Virus record (IMG/VR): IMGVR_UViG_3300031673_000043
Coordinates: 1 to 60,642 of that record
Strand: one strand, 5' to 3'
DNA length: 60,642 nucleotides
Origin: a virus
Taxonomy: Duplodnaviria; Caudoviricetes
The first letter of the stretch is position 1. Each line of letters begins with the position of its first letter. A model generated the notes under the pieces. The model was not told where the DNA came from. It saw only the letters and a list, made by a program, of their open reading frames with translations, and did not search any database. Both the position numbers and the translations under genes were made by a program. Shown piece after piece: positions 49,028 through 57,822 of this stretch.

Positions 49028-50878
49028 CTAGGTGCTCCCCTTCGGGAGTGCCCAGGTTGCAACCCTCTTCTTCCCGAAGCCTGTGGTCTCTCTGACTATG
49101 CCGATGTCCTTCCCTACAGATCTGACAATCTTCATATTGATCCCTCTAGCTTCTGCTGCTCGCTCGAGATCACTGAGCTTCATCGGTCCATCAGTCAGAA
49201 CATCACGAAGGAACTCTTCAACCTCGGTCCTCCGCTCCTTCTTGCTGGAGGTGACTGATATGATCTCATCACTGTCGAGATCTACAAAGTCACCCCAGAC
49301 GAACTTAGATCGATCCTGGTATTGCAACTTGTCTGGAAGGGATTCTATTGTGAAGGTGAGCGCAAGAGGTTTCCTGGTGATGTTCAACTTCGTGACTGCC
49401 ATGACTCGAGTGTCTGGATCATCAGGATGTACTCCTATTGTGAGGACCACTCGAGCAAGACCGGCGAAGGCTATACTCCCCTGACCACGGTAGAGAGCTC
49501 GATCCTTCGTTGACTTCGTGAGATGCCGAACAACCAGGACAGAACAGTTGAAGCGCTTTGCAATCTCGGAGAAGTAGGAGAGAGCCTGCTGTGTCTCACT
49601 GGCCTTGTGGGTGTCTGCTCTTCCTATGTAGGTGTTTATGGTATCGAAGACAACCAGGTCTGGCTTCAGAGCTTCAAGTCCTTCATAGACTTCATCGAGA
49701 GCATCCTCTTCATCAACCATGAAGAACTGCTCCTCCTGGAAATAGTTCTTCATGTTCCTGCAGCCGTTGTCAACGAGTCTCCTCTTTGTCACAGTACCTG
49801 CAGAGTTCTCGGTGTCGAAGTATGCAACTTTCCCCTTCACTGCTTTGTGAGCTCTAACAGTGGGGAGTCTCTTCCCATCTACAATGTGCATCCCTATCAT
49901 CTCAGCAAGGTATGACTTACCGAGACCAGGATCTCCCTCGAGGATAGTGAGCTCTCCGCGTGCAAGGTATGGATACCAGATCCACTCAACAGCCTCTTCC
50001 TCTACATCCTCTATAGGTGTGAACAGGAAGCGCTCACTGTCCGCGTCTTCATGTGCTGTGATCGGTGCAGTCTCTAGCTTCTGACTGACTACCTTGTTGA
50101 GCTCGCGCCGGAGCTGCTTGTCTCCATTCCTTCGACCGGCAAACTTATTCCAGGGTGAGACACGAAGTAGAGTGAAGGCCTCATCTGTGGTCATCCCTGC
50201 TTCAATGCAATCATTGTTGAGTCTCCATAGTACCTCACTCCTCTTGCCCGTCTTAGGTTTCCCGTTGAGGATCTCCCTCCGAGCGAACGGAGTCAGCTTC
50301 TTCTCATATCTCTTGAAGACTTTGATTGCTTCACCGAAGCTGGGCTCAGGCTCCTGGTCCTTTGGCAGCAGCTTCTCGATCTCACTAATATTGTAAGAGG
50401 GACCATCACTCCAGAGGACATTGACCTTCGGTGTGTGTTTATACTTATAGTTTGTTGTGTTAGGAACGCGAAGGACCTGGGTGAGATCCCAGCCTCCGAG
50501 ATCTGCTTCGAGCATGTAGGTCAAGCGCCTATTGAGCTCTTCAGTGATCTCTTTGTCTGTGATCCACAGTCCTACATACCTCCCAGGGGAAGACTGCCAT
50601 GCAATAGAAGGCATTGGTTTGATCTCTGATGGATCTACTTCATCAAGATCTGCCCAGAGGAGCTTAGGTAGAACTGCATATTCCTTTAAGCGCCGAGGCT
50701 TTGAGAAGCCGTGGGGACACCAGTACATATCCTTGTCTAGGTTGTCTTGCACGTACTGACGAACCGTCTTGAATTGAGAGCGGGTGAAGAACTTGTCATC
50801 CCACTTCCCTCTTCGACTCTTTGAGGAGATGCAGAAGTATCTACCGGGTTGCTCCTTCCACACCCTTGTCACGAGCAT
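49028..50878 (-). CDS. Primase-helicase (RepB-like primase plus AAA_25/RecA-like helicase)
   Basis: LWADLDE, SSPGRY, QVLRVP.T.NYK; GDPGLGKS (Walker A), VVFDT (Walker B), VRHLTK, RGQGS. Confidence 0.88.
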   Translation of the reverse strand: MLVTRVWKEQPGRYFCISSKSRRGKWDDKFFTRSQFKTVRQYVQDNLDKDMYWCPHGFSKPRRLKEYAVLPKLLWADLDEVDPSEIKPMPSIAWQSSPGRYVGLWITDKEITEELNRRLTYMLEADLGGWDLTQVLRVPNTTNYKYKHTPKVNVLWSDGPSYNISEIEKLLPKDQEPEPSFGEAIKVFKRYEKKLTPFARREILNGKPKTGKRSEVLWRLNNDCIEAGMTTDEAFTLLRVSPWNKFAGRRNGDKQLRRELNKVVSQKLETAPITAHEDADSERFLFTPIEDVEEEAVEWIWYPYLARGELTILEGDPGLGKSYLAEMIGMHIVDGKRLPTVRAHKAVKGKVAYFDTENSAGTVTKRRLVDNGCRNMKNYFQEEQFFMVDEEDALDEVYEGLEALKPDLVVFDTINTYIGRADTHKASETQQALSYFSEIAKRFNCSVLVVRHLTKSTKDRALYRGQGSIAFAGLARVVLTIGVHPDDPDTRVMAVTKLNITRKPLALTFTIESLPDKLQYQDRSKFVWGDFVDLDSDEIISVTSSKKERRTEVEEFLRDVLTDGPMKLSDLERAAEARGINMKIVRSVGKDIGIVRETTGFGKKRVATWALPKGST

Positions 50879-51077
50879 CTGCTCTCCTCTTCTGTTCGAG
50901 CTTCTTCAATCGTTGAACTTCACCCTTCGGGATAAATATCGCCCAGCCCACCTTCTTGAATTTGACTTTTCCGTTATACATCCGGGATGTGAGGAGAGAA
51001 TAGGTGATTCCTATCTCTTCAGCAGCCTTCTTCGCTGGTACGTAGTTCCTTAGATCCACAGGTTCCTCCTCTCTCAT
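50841..51077 (-). CDS. HTH DNA-binding protein (excisionase/HTH_17-like)
   Basis: AKKAAEEIGITYSLL...KKVGWAIFIP; start revised to MREEEP. Confidence 0.7.
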   Translation of the reverse strand: MREEEPVDLRNYVPAKKAAEEIGITYSLLTSRMYNGKVKFKKVGWAIFIPKGEVQRLKKLEQKRRADARDKGVEGATR

Positions 51078-51085
51078 AATAGGGG

Positions 51086-51136
51086 TTGACAGATATTTTG
51101 ATTTGATATAATATAATAGAATATTATTTACGTCAA
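51086..51136. promoter_or_regulatory. Divergent overlapping sigma70 promoters with operator motif copy 5
   Basis: Plus strand TTGACA-N17-TAATAT; minus strand TTGACG-N17-TATTAT; motif copies at 51098..51115 and 51103..51120. Confidence 0.65.
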
Positions 51137-51235
51137 CAAGAAAAAGGTATATGATAGCAGAAACTTGACACAATGCAATCTCAATAAATAGTCAGCCCTA
51201 AGACCCTATGGACACTGATACTTACAGGAGACCTG

Positions 51236-54200
51236 GTGCCTTCAGGATTAACAAAACGAGACCCTCGTTGCTCTCGCTGTCCCTTACATAAGACTGCAGA
51301 CTACGTGTGCCTCCTCGGGGATGAGAGATCTCGAAAGCAGATCCTTCTGGTGGGTGAAGCTCCTGGAGTACAGGAGGAAAAGGCAGGCAGGCTCTTCATA
51401 GGCCGTGCTGGTCGATTGCTCCGGCAGACACTCACTCGCTCTGACTTCTCCGAGGAGGATTATAGTATCATCAACTCAGTGTGTTGCAGGCCTCCGGGGA
51501 ACAGAACACCGAAGGCCTCTGAGATCAAGGCGTGCAGGCACTGGGTTCAAAAAGTGTTCGAGGATGTCCGTCCGAAGTATGTCCTTTTGATGGGAAACCC
51601 GGCGCTCAAGTCAGTACTCAATCTCACCGGTATCACGAAGCATCGAGGAAGACCTCAGGAGAAGTCAGGGATCACTTTCCTTCCTACCTTTAACCCTTCA
51701 GCAGTCCTCCGGGATCCGAACAAGACAACAGCGTTCGAGGCAGATCTCAATCTCTTTGCTGAGATAGTAGACAACGGAGGAGTGCCCAGGGAAGAAGGAC
51801 TCAACCCTGTGGTAGTATCGAACAATAAGCTCGTTGCTGAGATGCTCGAGGATCTCAACGGAGGTGTCTCCTTCGACATCGAGACCACATGTCTCTATCC
51901 CTGGGACAAGGGAGCTCAGGTCACCTCTATAGGATTTGGAACAAGGAGAACTCAGTGGATCATTCCGGTCCCTCACTTCCGTCCTGAGTCAAAAATATGG
52001 ACACCTAAGCAGCTCGATGGGATCCTCAATAAGATCACCAGGGAGCTTGAGGACTGTGTGGTCATTGCTCACAATGGAAAATTTGACAGTCTATGGATGA
52101 AGGTACACCACGGAGTAGAGTGGAAGATCGACTTTGACACCATGCTTGCTCACTATCTCTTGAACGAGAACTCGAGGCACGCGCTGAAGTATCTCGCTCA
52201 GATCTACCTCGGTGCCGTTGACTATGATCTGGATCCTCGGACTGCTCCCTGGGACAAGTTCGTTGAGTATCACGCGAAGGATCTCTACTACACCAGGAGG
52301 CTCAAGTACCTGTTTGCAAAGAGGCTCTTCAAGGAGGGGAGCCTGAAGACTATCTTCGATGAGATCCTCATGCCGTGCTCCACTCTATTCACAGAAGCAG
52401 AGCTCAACGGGTTCTATGTTAATGTCCCAGAGATGGGAAGAGTAGAACAGGATCTCACCCAGCAGATCGAGCAGCTCGGGAAGAAGCTCAAGAAGTACGG
52501 AGACATCAACTACAACTCGACACAACAGCTCGCTGAGCTCCTCTTCAAGAAGCTGAAGTTGAAACCTACAAAGTTCACCGGAACAGGAGCAGCCTCCACA
52601 GACAAGAGTGTGCTCAAGCGTCTGAACCATCCTATCACGAAGGCACTGCTGGACCACCGCTCAGCAACTAAGCTCCTCGGGACATACATCAACGGCTGGA
52701 AGCCCTTCCTGGTGGGACGTGTTATTCACCCCAGTTTCCTGCTCCACGGGACGGTGACAGGCCGGACCAGCTGTCTCTCCGCAGATACTCGAGTAACAAT
52801 GCCAGGTGGGTTAAAAGCTATCCAGAACATTAAGAAAGGAGATTTGGTTTATTGTTACGATAATGATGAGTGTTTAACTTTGGATAGGGTAAGTAAGGTC
52901 TGGTGTACTGGTCTAAAGCCTGTGTACTTAATAAAGTGGTACAGTGGACGTAGGAAAGGTTCTCTGGTAGCTACGGGGGACCATCTTGTGAGAACCCCAG
53001 AGAATACGTACAAGCAAGTCCAGTCCCTCCAAAAAGGCGACTCTGTTGTTGCTCTGAGTAGGCACACATATCAAAATTCCCCGAAAGAGTACCCTGAATT
53101 AGGTATATATAAAGATACCTCCCCACGAAGGGATGAGCATCGAGTTTTGTTTGAGATTACTCATGGTTACCCGGCTGAATCTGTACACCATAAAAACGGT
53201 TTGATAAAAGACAATCGCTTATCTAATCTAGTGGGCTTGTCTCGCTCCGATCATACGAAAATGCACCAGACCTCCAAAGAAGCATCAAGGAGAGGCTTTT
53301 TGTCTCATAGCAAATACGGAAGTAAAATTGTAAAAGCGACAATAGTAGCTAGGAGAAAGTGGTCGGAGAAGTTTCTACCCGCTAAAGTTGCCTATAGTGT
53401 ATTTAGGAAATACCAGGGGACTGTGGGGGCAGCAGAAAAAGCCGCTAAAGAACTAGGAGTTAGTCGAAAAACTCTTACTTCTCGTTTAGCTGATCTAGGA
53501 GTGGGGGGTTATAAAAAAAGGAATAACCATACTATCCTGTCTATAGAACGACTCCCAGGACTTCACCAGGTATATGATATGGAAACTGAAACACATCATA
53601 ATTTTATAGCTGAGGAAGTATGTGTTCATAACTGTGAGCATCCGAATTTGCAGCAGGTGCCCAGGGACTCCTCAATCAGAGCACTCATCACAGCTCCCCG
53701 AGGCTGGGAGTTTGTTGAAGCAGATCTCTCCCAGATCGAGCTCCGTATTGCAGCAGAGCTCGCTGGTGAGAAGAACATGCTTGAGACCTTCTACAACGGA
53801 CAGGACATCCACTGGAGGACAGCAGTCAGGGAGATCTCACGCGCCGGAGGAGAGGCTGAGCTGGTACTGAAGACAGCGAAGAGGTACCTCAAGCACAAGG
53901 TAGAGTATGATGAAGCAGTCCGGTTGATCTATGACATGGGTGTGAAGGCTGCAGCGAAGATAGATGACCGCTGGAACGATCTCCGCTTCAAGGCTAAGGC
54001 TGTGAACTTCGGGTTCCTCTATGGTATGTGGCACAAGTCCTTCAGACAGTACGCTGAGGATGAGTATGGGATCAAGCTCTCCGAGCTCCAGGCGAAGGCA
54101 AGCAGGGAAGCATACTTCGACATGTACCCTGGACTCGAGGAGTGGCATGAGAGACAACGGCGCTATGCAAGGCGCTGGGGATATGTGACCTCACTGAGTG

Positions 54201-54580
54201 GAAGGAAGCGCCGTCTCCCTCTCGCTCAACTCGGTAGAGACTGCCCGGAGAGAAGGGATGCAGAACGTCAGGCAATCAATACTCCGGTGCAGAGTTTCGC
54301 AAACGAGCTCAATTTAATGGCAGCACTCCAGATCCGGGAAGAGTTCGGAACAGGGACCTCGGACAAGATCAAGATTGCAGGGACCGTCCATGACTCCATT
54401 CACTTCTGGATCCGTAGGAAGCACGTGGAGAAGATAGTCCCGAGGATCCTGGAGATCATGAGACACCCCGCGCTGCTCGACAAGATGAACATCAAGCTCC
54501 GTGTACCTATCGAGGCAGAGGCTAAGATCGGACCGTGGAGTGCCGGAGTGGAGTTAGAGCAGTGGGTAGAAAAGAGTTAA
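51236..54580 (+). CDS. polA: DNA polymerase family A with N-terminal family-4 UDG-like domain, 3'-5' exonuclease and an intein
   Basis: CSRC, GEAPG, CCRPPGNRTP (UDG); FDIET, HNGKFD (exo); TGRTS/PNLQQ, ADLSQIELR, KAVNFGFLYG, TVHDS (pol). Confidence 0.93.
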   Translation: MPSGLTKRDPRCSRCPLHKTADYVCLLGDERSRKQILLVGEAPGVQEEKAGRLFIGRAGRLLRQTLTRSDFSEEDYSIINSVCCRPPGNRTPKASEIKACRHWVQKVFEDVRPKYVLLMGNPALKSVLNLTGITKHRGRPQEKSGITFLPTFNPSAVLRDPNKTTAFEADLNLFAEIVDNGGVPREEGLNPVVVSNNKLVAEMLEDLNGGVSFDIETTCLYPWDKGAQVTSIGFGTRRTQWIIPVPHFRPESKIWTPKQLDGILNKITRELEDCVVIAHNGKFDSLWMKVHHGVEWKIDFDTMLAHYLLNENSRHALKYLAQIYLGAVDYDLDPRTAPWDKFVEYHAKDLYYTRRLKYLFAKRLFKEGSLKTIFDEILMPCSTLFTEAELNGFYVNVPEMGRVEQDLTQQIEQLGKKLKKYGDINYNSTQQLAELLFKKLKLKPTKFTGTGAASTDKSVLKRLNHPITKALLDHRSATKLLGTYINGWKPFLVGRVIHPSFLLHGTVTGRTSCLSADTRVTMPGGLKAIQNIKKGDLVYCYDNDECLTLDRVSKVWCTGLKPVYLIKWYSGRRKGSLVATGDHLVRTPENTYKQVQSLQKGDSVVALSRHTYQNSPKEYPELGIYKDTSPRRDEHRVLFEITHGYPAESVHHKNGLIKDNRLSNLVGLSRSDHTKMHQTSKEASRRGFLSHSKYGSKIVKATIVARRKWSEKFLPAKVAYSVFRKYQGTVGAAEKAAKELGVSRKTLTSRLADLGVGGYKKRNNHTILSIERLPGLHQVYDMETETHHNFIAEEVCVHNCEHPNLQQVPRDSSIRALITAPRGWEFVEADLSQIELRIAAELAGEKNMLETFYNGQDIHWRTAVREISRAGGEAELVLKTAKRYLKHKVEYDEAVRLIYDMGVKAAAKIDDRWNDLRFKAKAVNFGFLYGMWHKSFRQYAEDEYGIKLSELQAKASREAYFDMYPGLEEWHERQRRYARRWGYVTSLSGRKRRLPLAQLGRDCPERRDAERQAINTPVQSFANELNLMAALQIREEFGTGTSDKIKIAGTVHDSIHFWIRRKHVEKIVPRILEIMRHPALLDKMNIKLRVPIEAEAKIGPWSAGVELEQWVEKS
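52772..53632 (+). mobile_element. Intein (287 aa) carrying an HNH endonuclease
   Basis: Begins CLSADT; block B ATGDH; ends VYDM...HNF...VHN followed by C; AT-rich; HHKNG...DNRLSNL. Confidence 0.92.
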
Positions 54581-55073
54581 TAATAAACAAGGTAAGCAAG
54601 ACTGTCTTAACTTCTTACTTTTGTATTAAACGCGGGCGTTTAGAGAGAACTATAAAACATCGTAGTTATAGTTTTAAGGGGCCTGAGATAACTGGCTTAT
54701 TTGTCTCAATTAAAAATAGACTTTATAAGGTTAGTCATGTTTTATTTCGATTGAGTCACAGCTATAAAAAGATTCCTGTTGGTTGTGAAGTAGATCATAT
54801 TAATAGGGACTATATGGACAATAGGGTATGTAATTTGAGACTGGCAACCTGGTCCCAAAGTCAAGCAAACAGGGGGATTAAATCGGGTATATCTGGTCTC
54901 CGGGGAGTCTATCCTAGCGGTAGTAAGTCGAACCCCTGGAGGGCTAGAGGATTCGTTGTGACGGGCGCAGGATTGAGTTGGGGCTGTTCAAAGATAAGAA
55001 AAGCGCTGCTGAGGCTTACAATGAGTATGCGCATAAGATATTCGGTAAATTTGCTGTACTTAATAAGGTTTAA
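54562..55073 (+). pseudogene. HNH-AP2 homing endonuclease with a frameshift near 54946
   Basis: VDHINRDYMDNRVCNLR; the AP2 domain RIRCDGRRIELGLFKDKKSAAEAYNEYAHKIFGKFA lies in the -1 frame. Confidence 0.8.
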
Positions 55074-55090
55074 GGGAAGGAGCTGGAACA

Positions 55091-56086
55091 ATGGCAGACC
55101 TCTTCAAGGTAAGTCAGACAAAGGTCAGGACGTTCAGGACCTGCAGGAGAGCGTATCATCTCAGGTATGTGGACGGCTGGAAGAGAATAGTCAAGGCACG
55201 TCCTCTCACCTTCGGGATAATCATCCACGAGATGCTCGAGGCCTTCGCTGAGGGGAAGGATCCGTTCGCTGTTCTCAACAAGACAGCGAAGGTGAACAAG
55301 AAGCTCTTCGCTGATGAGCGTGAGATGTATGGGAATATCATTGAGGACATCCGTGTCATCATGCAGAACTACTTCAGGATCTACACGAAGAAGTCCCTCA
55401 GGTTCATCAAGCACCAGGGGAAGGCTGCAGAGCACGCGCTCGAGGTTGAGATCGGTGACGGGTTCCTCTTCGTGTTCAGGGTCGATCACTTTGGACGGAC
55501 TGAGAACGGCCTCCGCTGGTTGGTTGAGAACAAGACCTTCTCAAAGAAGCCGAGTGAGGACCAGCGCTGGAGAGATCTTCAGACTTGCATGTATATTAGA
55601 GCCTGTGAGATGCTGGGGATCAAGCACTTGAATGGAGTCCTCTGGAACTATATCAAATCGAAAGCTCCCACCAGACCGGAAGTTCTCCAGGACGGAGTGC
55701 ATCTGAGCAAGCGCAAGATAGATACCCTCCCGGAGACAGTGATGTCAGTCATCAATGAGCACGGTCTGAAGGAGAAGGACTGCAAGGAACAGCTCCAGCA
55801 CGCGAAGAGCAATGTCAGCTCCTACTTCGATAGAGTCATCACTCCTGTAGTCCCTCAGGTTGTGGACATTCTCTTCAACGAGTTCCTCGAGACGTGCATT
55901 GACATCAGGGACCAGCACGGGGAGATCATAGATAGAAACATAGGACAACACTGTGGATGGTGTGAGTTCGAGACTCTTTGCCGGACTGAGTTGACCGGTG
56001 GGGATCTCGACTATGTAAAGGAGCATGAGTATGAGCGAAAAGAAGAGTTCAAGGACCAGGACCTCGAGAACAAGGACGCGGAGTAG
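55091..56086 (+). CDS. PD-(D/E)XK (Cas4/RecB-like) exonuclease
   Basis: SQT...TC.R.Y, GIIIH, RVDH...ENKT, Q..MY, C-terminal C.WC.F..LC. Confidence 0.8.
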   Translation: MADLFKVSQTKVRTFRTCRRAYHLRYVDGWKRIVKARPLTFGIIIHEMLEAFAEGKDPFAVLNKTAKVNKKLFADEREMYGNIIEDIRVIMQNYFRIYTKKSLRFIKHQGKAAEHALEVEIGDGFLFVFRVDHFGRTENGLRWLVENKTFSKKPSEDQRWRDLQTCMYIRACEMLGIKHLNGVLWNYIKSKAPTRPEVLQDGVHLSKRKIDTLPETVMSVINEHGLKEKDCKEQLQHAKSNVSSYFDRVITPVVPQVVDILFNEFLETCIDIRDQHGEIIDRNIGQHCGWCEFETLCRTELTGGDLDYVKEHEYERKEEFKDQDLENKDAE

Positions 56087-56879
56087 TAAGAAGACAGAGC
56101 TCCCCGTGAGGCCTGTCAGTGAGGTAGAGCAGCACCGGAGCATGGTGGTCTATGGACGGAGCGGATCCGGGAAGACCACGTTCGCTGCTACCTTCCCGAA
56201 GCCTATGCTCCTGGTTGATGTGAGTGACAAAGGGACAGACAGCATCTCCGATGTAGAGGGGATTGATGTCATGGAGGCTGAGTCCTGGCAAGACTTCGAG
56301 CTCGCTTACTGGTACCTGAAAGAGAACCCTGATGACTACAATACTGTAGTGATCGATACCATGAGTCAGCTGCAGGAGCTCGCTATCAAGAAGATCCTCC
56401 TAGAGAAGTACAACGAGGATGAAGCTCAGAGTGAGTGGGGATCCCTATCTCAGAGAGAGTGGGGTGAAGTGACTTCGGTGTTGAAGACATGGATCACTCA
56501 CTATCGGAACCTTCCGATGGAAGTGGTCTTCATTGCTCAGGACAGGGTGTTTGAAGTGGATGAGGATCTGGATCCTGAAACAATGCTCGATCCTGAGGTA
56601 GGTCCCCGTCTCGCTCCGAGTGTGACAAAACATCTCAATGCTTCAGTACACGCTATAGGGAACACCTTCATCCGAAGAAGGATACGACACAAGGAGGTGA
56701 AGAGAAAAGGGAGCAGAAAGACGAAGACGAAGGAGATCCCTGAGACTCAGTATTGTCTCAGGATCGGTCCAGATCCCGTCTATGCTACAAAGATCAGGAA
56801 GCCGAAGGGGATCAAGGTCCCCTCCGTTATTGTGGATCCTCACTATGAGGACATACTTGAGTTGATCCAGGGAGGTTAA
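56025..56879 (+). CDS. AAA_24 / Sak4-like ATPase
   Basis: YGRSGSGKTT, VVIDT and VVFIAQ motifs. Confidence 0.82.
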   Translation: MSMSEKKSSRTRTSRTRTRSSKKTELPVRPVSEVEQHRSMVVYGRSGSGKTTFAATFPKPMLLVDVSDKGTDSISDVEGIDVMEAESWQDFELAYWYLKENPDDYNTVVIDTMSQLQELAIKKILLEKYNEDEAQSEWGSLSQREWGEVTSVLKTWITHYRNLPMEVVFIAQDRVFEVDEDLDPETMLDPEVGPRLAPSVTKHLNASVHAIGNTFIRRRIRHKEVKRKGSRKTKTKEIPETQYCLRIGPDPVYATKIRKPKGIKVPSVIVDPHYEDILELIQGG

Positions 56880-56885
56880 ATAGTT

Positions 56886-57617
56886 ATGGCAGGAAGAACA
56901 AGAGCGAAAGCAACAGACAAGAAGAAGACCACAGGGAGAGGAGGGTCATCAAGGTCAAGGTCCAGCTCCAGTGGCAAGAGCTCAACCAGGAGCAGAGCCT
57001 CTTCGAGAGGCAAGAAGAAGGACGGTGTGAAGGTAGACTTCACCGATGTCGAGTCTCGCGTACTTCTCCCTGAGGGAGAGTACGAGGTCAAAGTAGACTC
57101 CATCAGCATCAAGACCTCGAAGGAATCCGGGGAAGACTATCTCGAGTGGTTGTTCAGGACTCAGAACGTAGAAGAGGACCGCTATGACAAGCAGCCTCTC
57201 TACTTCAACACGTCCCTCCAGCCTCAGGCGCTCTGGAACCTGAGGAGCCTGCTCGAGACTCTCGATGTAGATGTCCCGAGCGGTCCGACGGATCTGCAGT
57301 TCGAGGACATCCTCGGACTCGAGATGATTGCAGTTGTCGGTCATGAGATGTGGGACCAGAAACCGCGTGCCCGTCTCGTTGACTTCCTTCCCATCGATGC
57401 CGGGACCGGAGAGCATCCCCGTGTAGATGACGGAGGAGATCCCGAAGAGCTCGAGAAGCTCACCGAGGGTGAGGTCAACGACATGCCCGAGGATGAGCTC
57501 GAGGACGTTGTCGAGAAGTATGATCTCGATGTAGATCTCTCGAAGATCACCCGGATGAGGAAGAAGCAGGGAGCAGTCTGTGACGCTCTCGATAACAAGG
57601 GATACCTGGAGGACTAG
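56886..57617 (+). CDS. ssDNA-binding-like protein (DUF669-like)
   Basis: LPEGEYEVKV...SG..YL.W; follows the Sak4-like gene; acidic C-terminus. Confidence 0.65.
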   Translation: MAGRTRAKATDKKKTTGRGGSSRSRSSSSGKSSTRSRASSRGKKKDGVKVDFTDVESRVLLPEGEYEVKVDSISIKTSKESGEDYLEWLFRTQNVEEDRYDKQPLYFNTSLQPQALWNLRSLLETLDVDVPSGPTDLQFEDILGLEMIAVVGHEMWDQKPRARLVDFLPIDAGTGEHPRVDDGGDPEELEKLTEGEVNDMPEDELEDVVEKYDLDVDLSKITRMRKKQGAVCDALDNKGYLED

Positions 57618-57630
57618 GTCCCTCCCTTTT

Positions 57631-57815
57631 GATGTAGGAAGCAGCTTGCAGAGAAGTGCTGTATACCCGGACTAGCTGTGAGCACTGCCCTGTTTGTCTA
57701 CGCACGGCAGGAGGAAAACCGGGTTGACTTGTTGTGGACTACATCTCTCACTGGAGCGGGTAGTACCAGTCCTAGTCCCTAAGTACCTCACGTTGAGAGG
57801 TCACCTCCGGTGAGA
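57631..57815 (+). ncRNA. Candidate structured RNA or leader
   Basis: Nested complementary segments in an ORF-free gap. Confidence 0.35.
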
Positions 57816-57822
57816 TTTTATT

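Noticed and set aside
50841-51077. Excisionase implying lysogeny
   Set aside because: No integrase, att site or CI-like repressor recognised; better read as a regulator
55091-56086. Cas4-like gene as evidence of CRISPR-Cas
   Set aside because: Standard phage recombination trio with Sak4-like and SSB-like genes; no cas1 or array
57616-57822. tRNA gene
   Set aside because: No cloverleaf or TTCGA T-loop found
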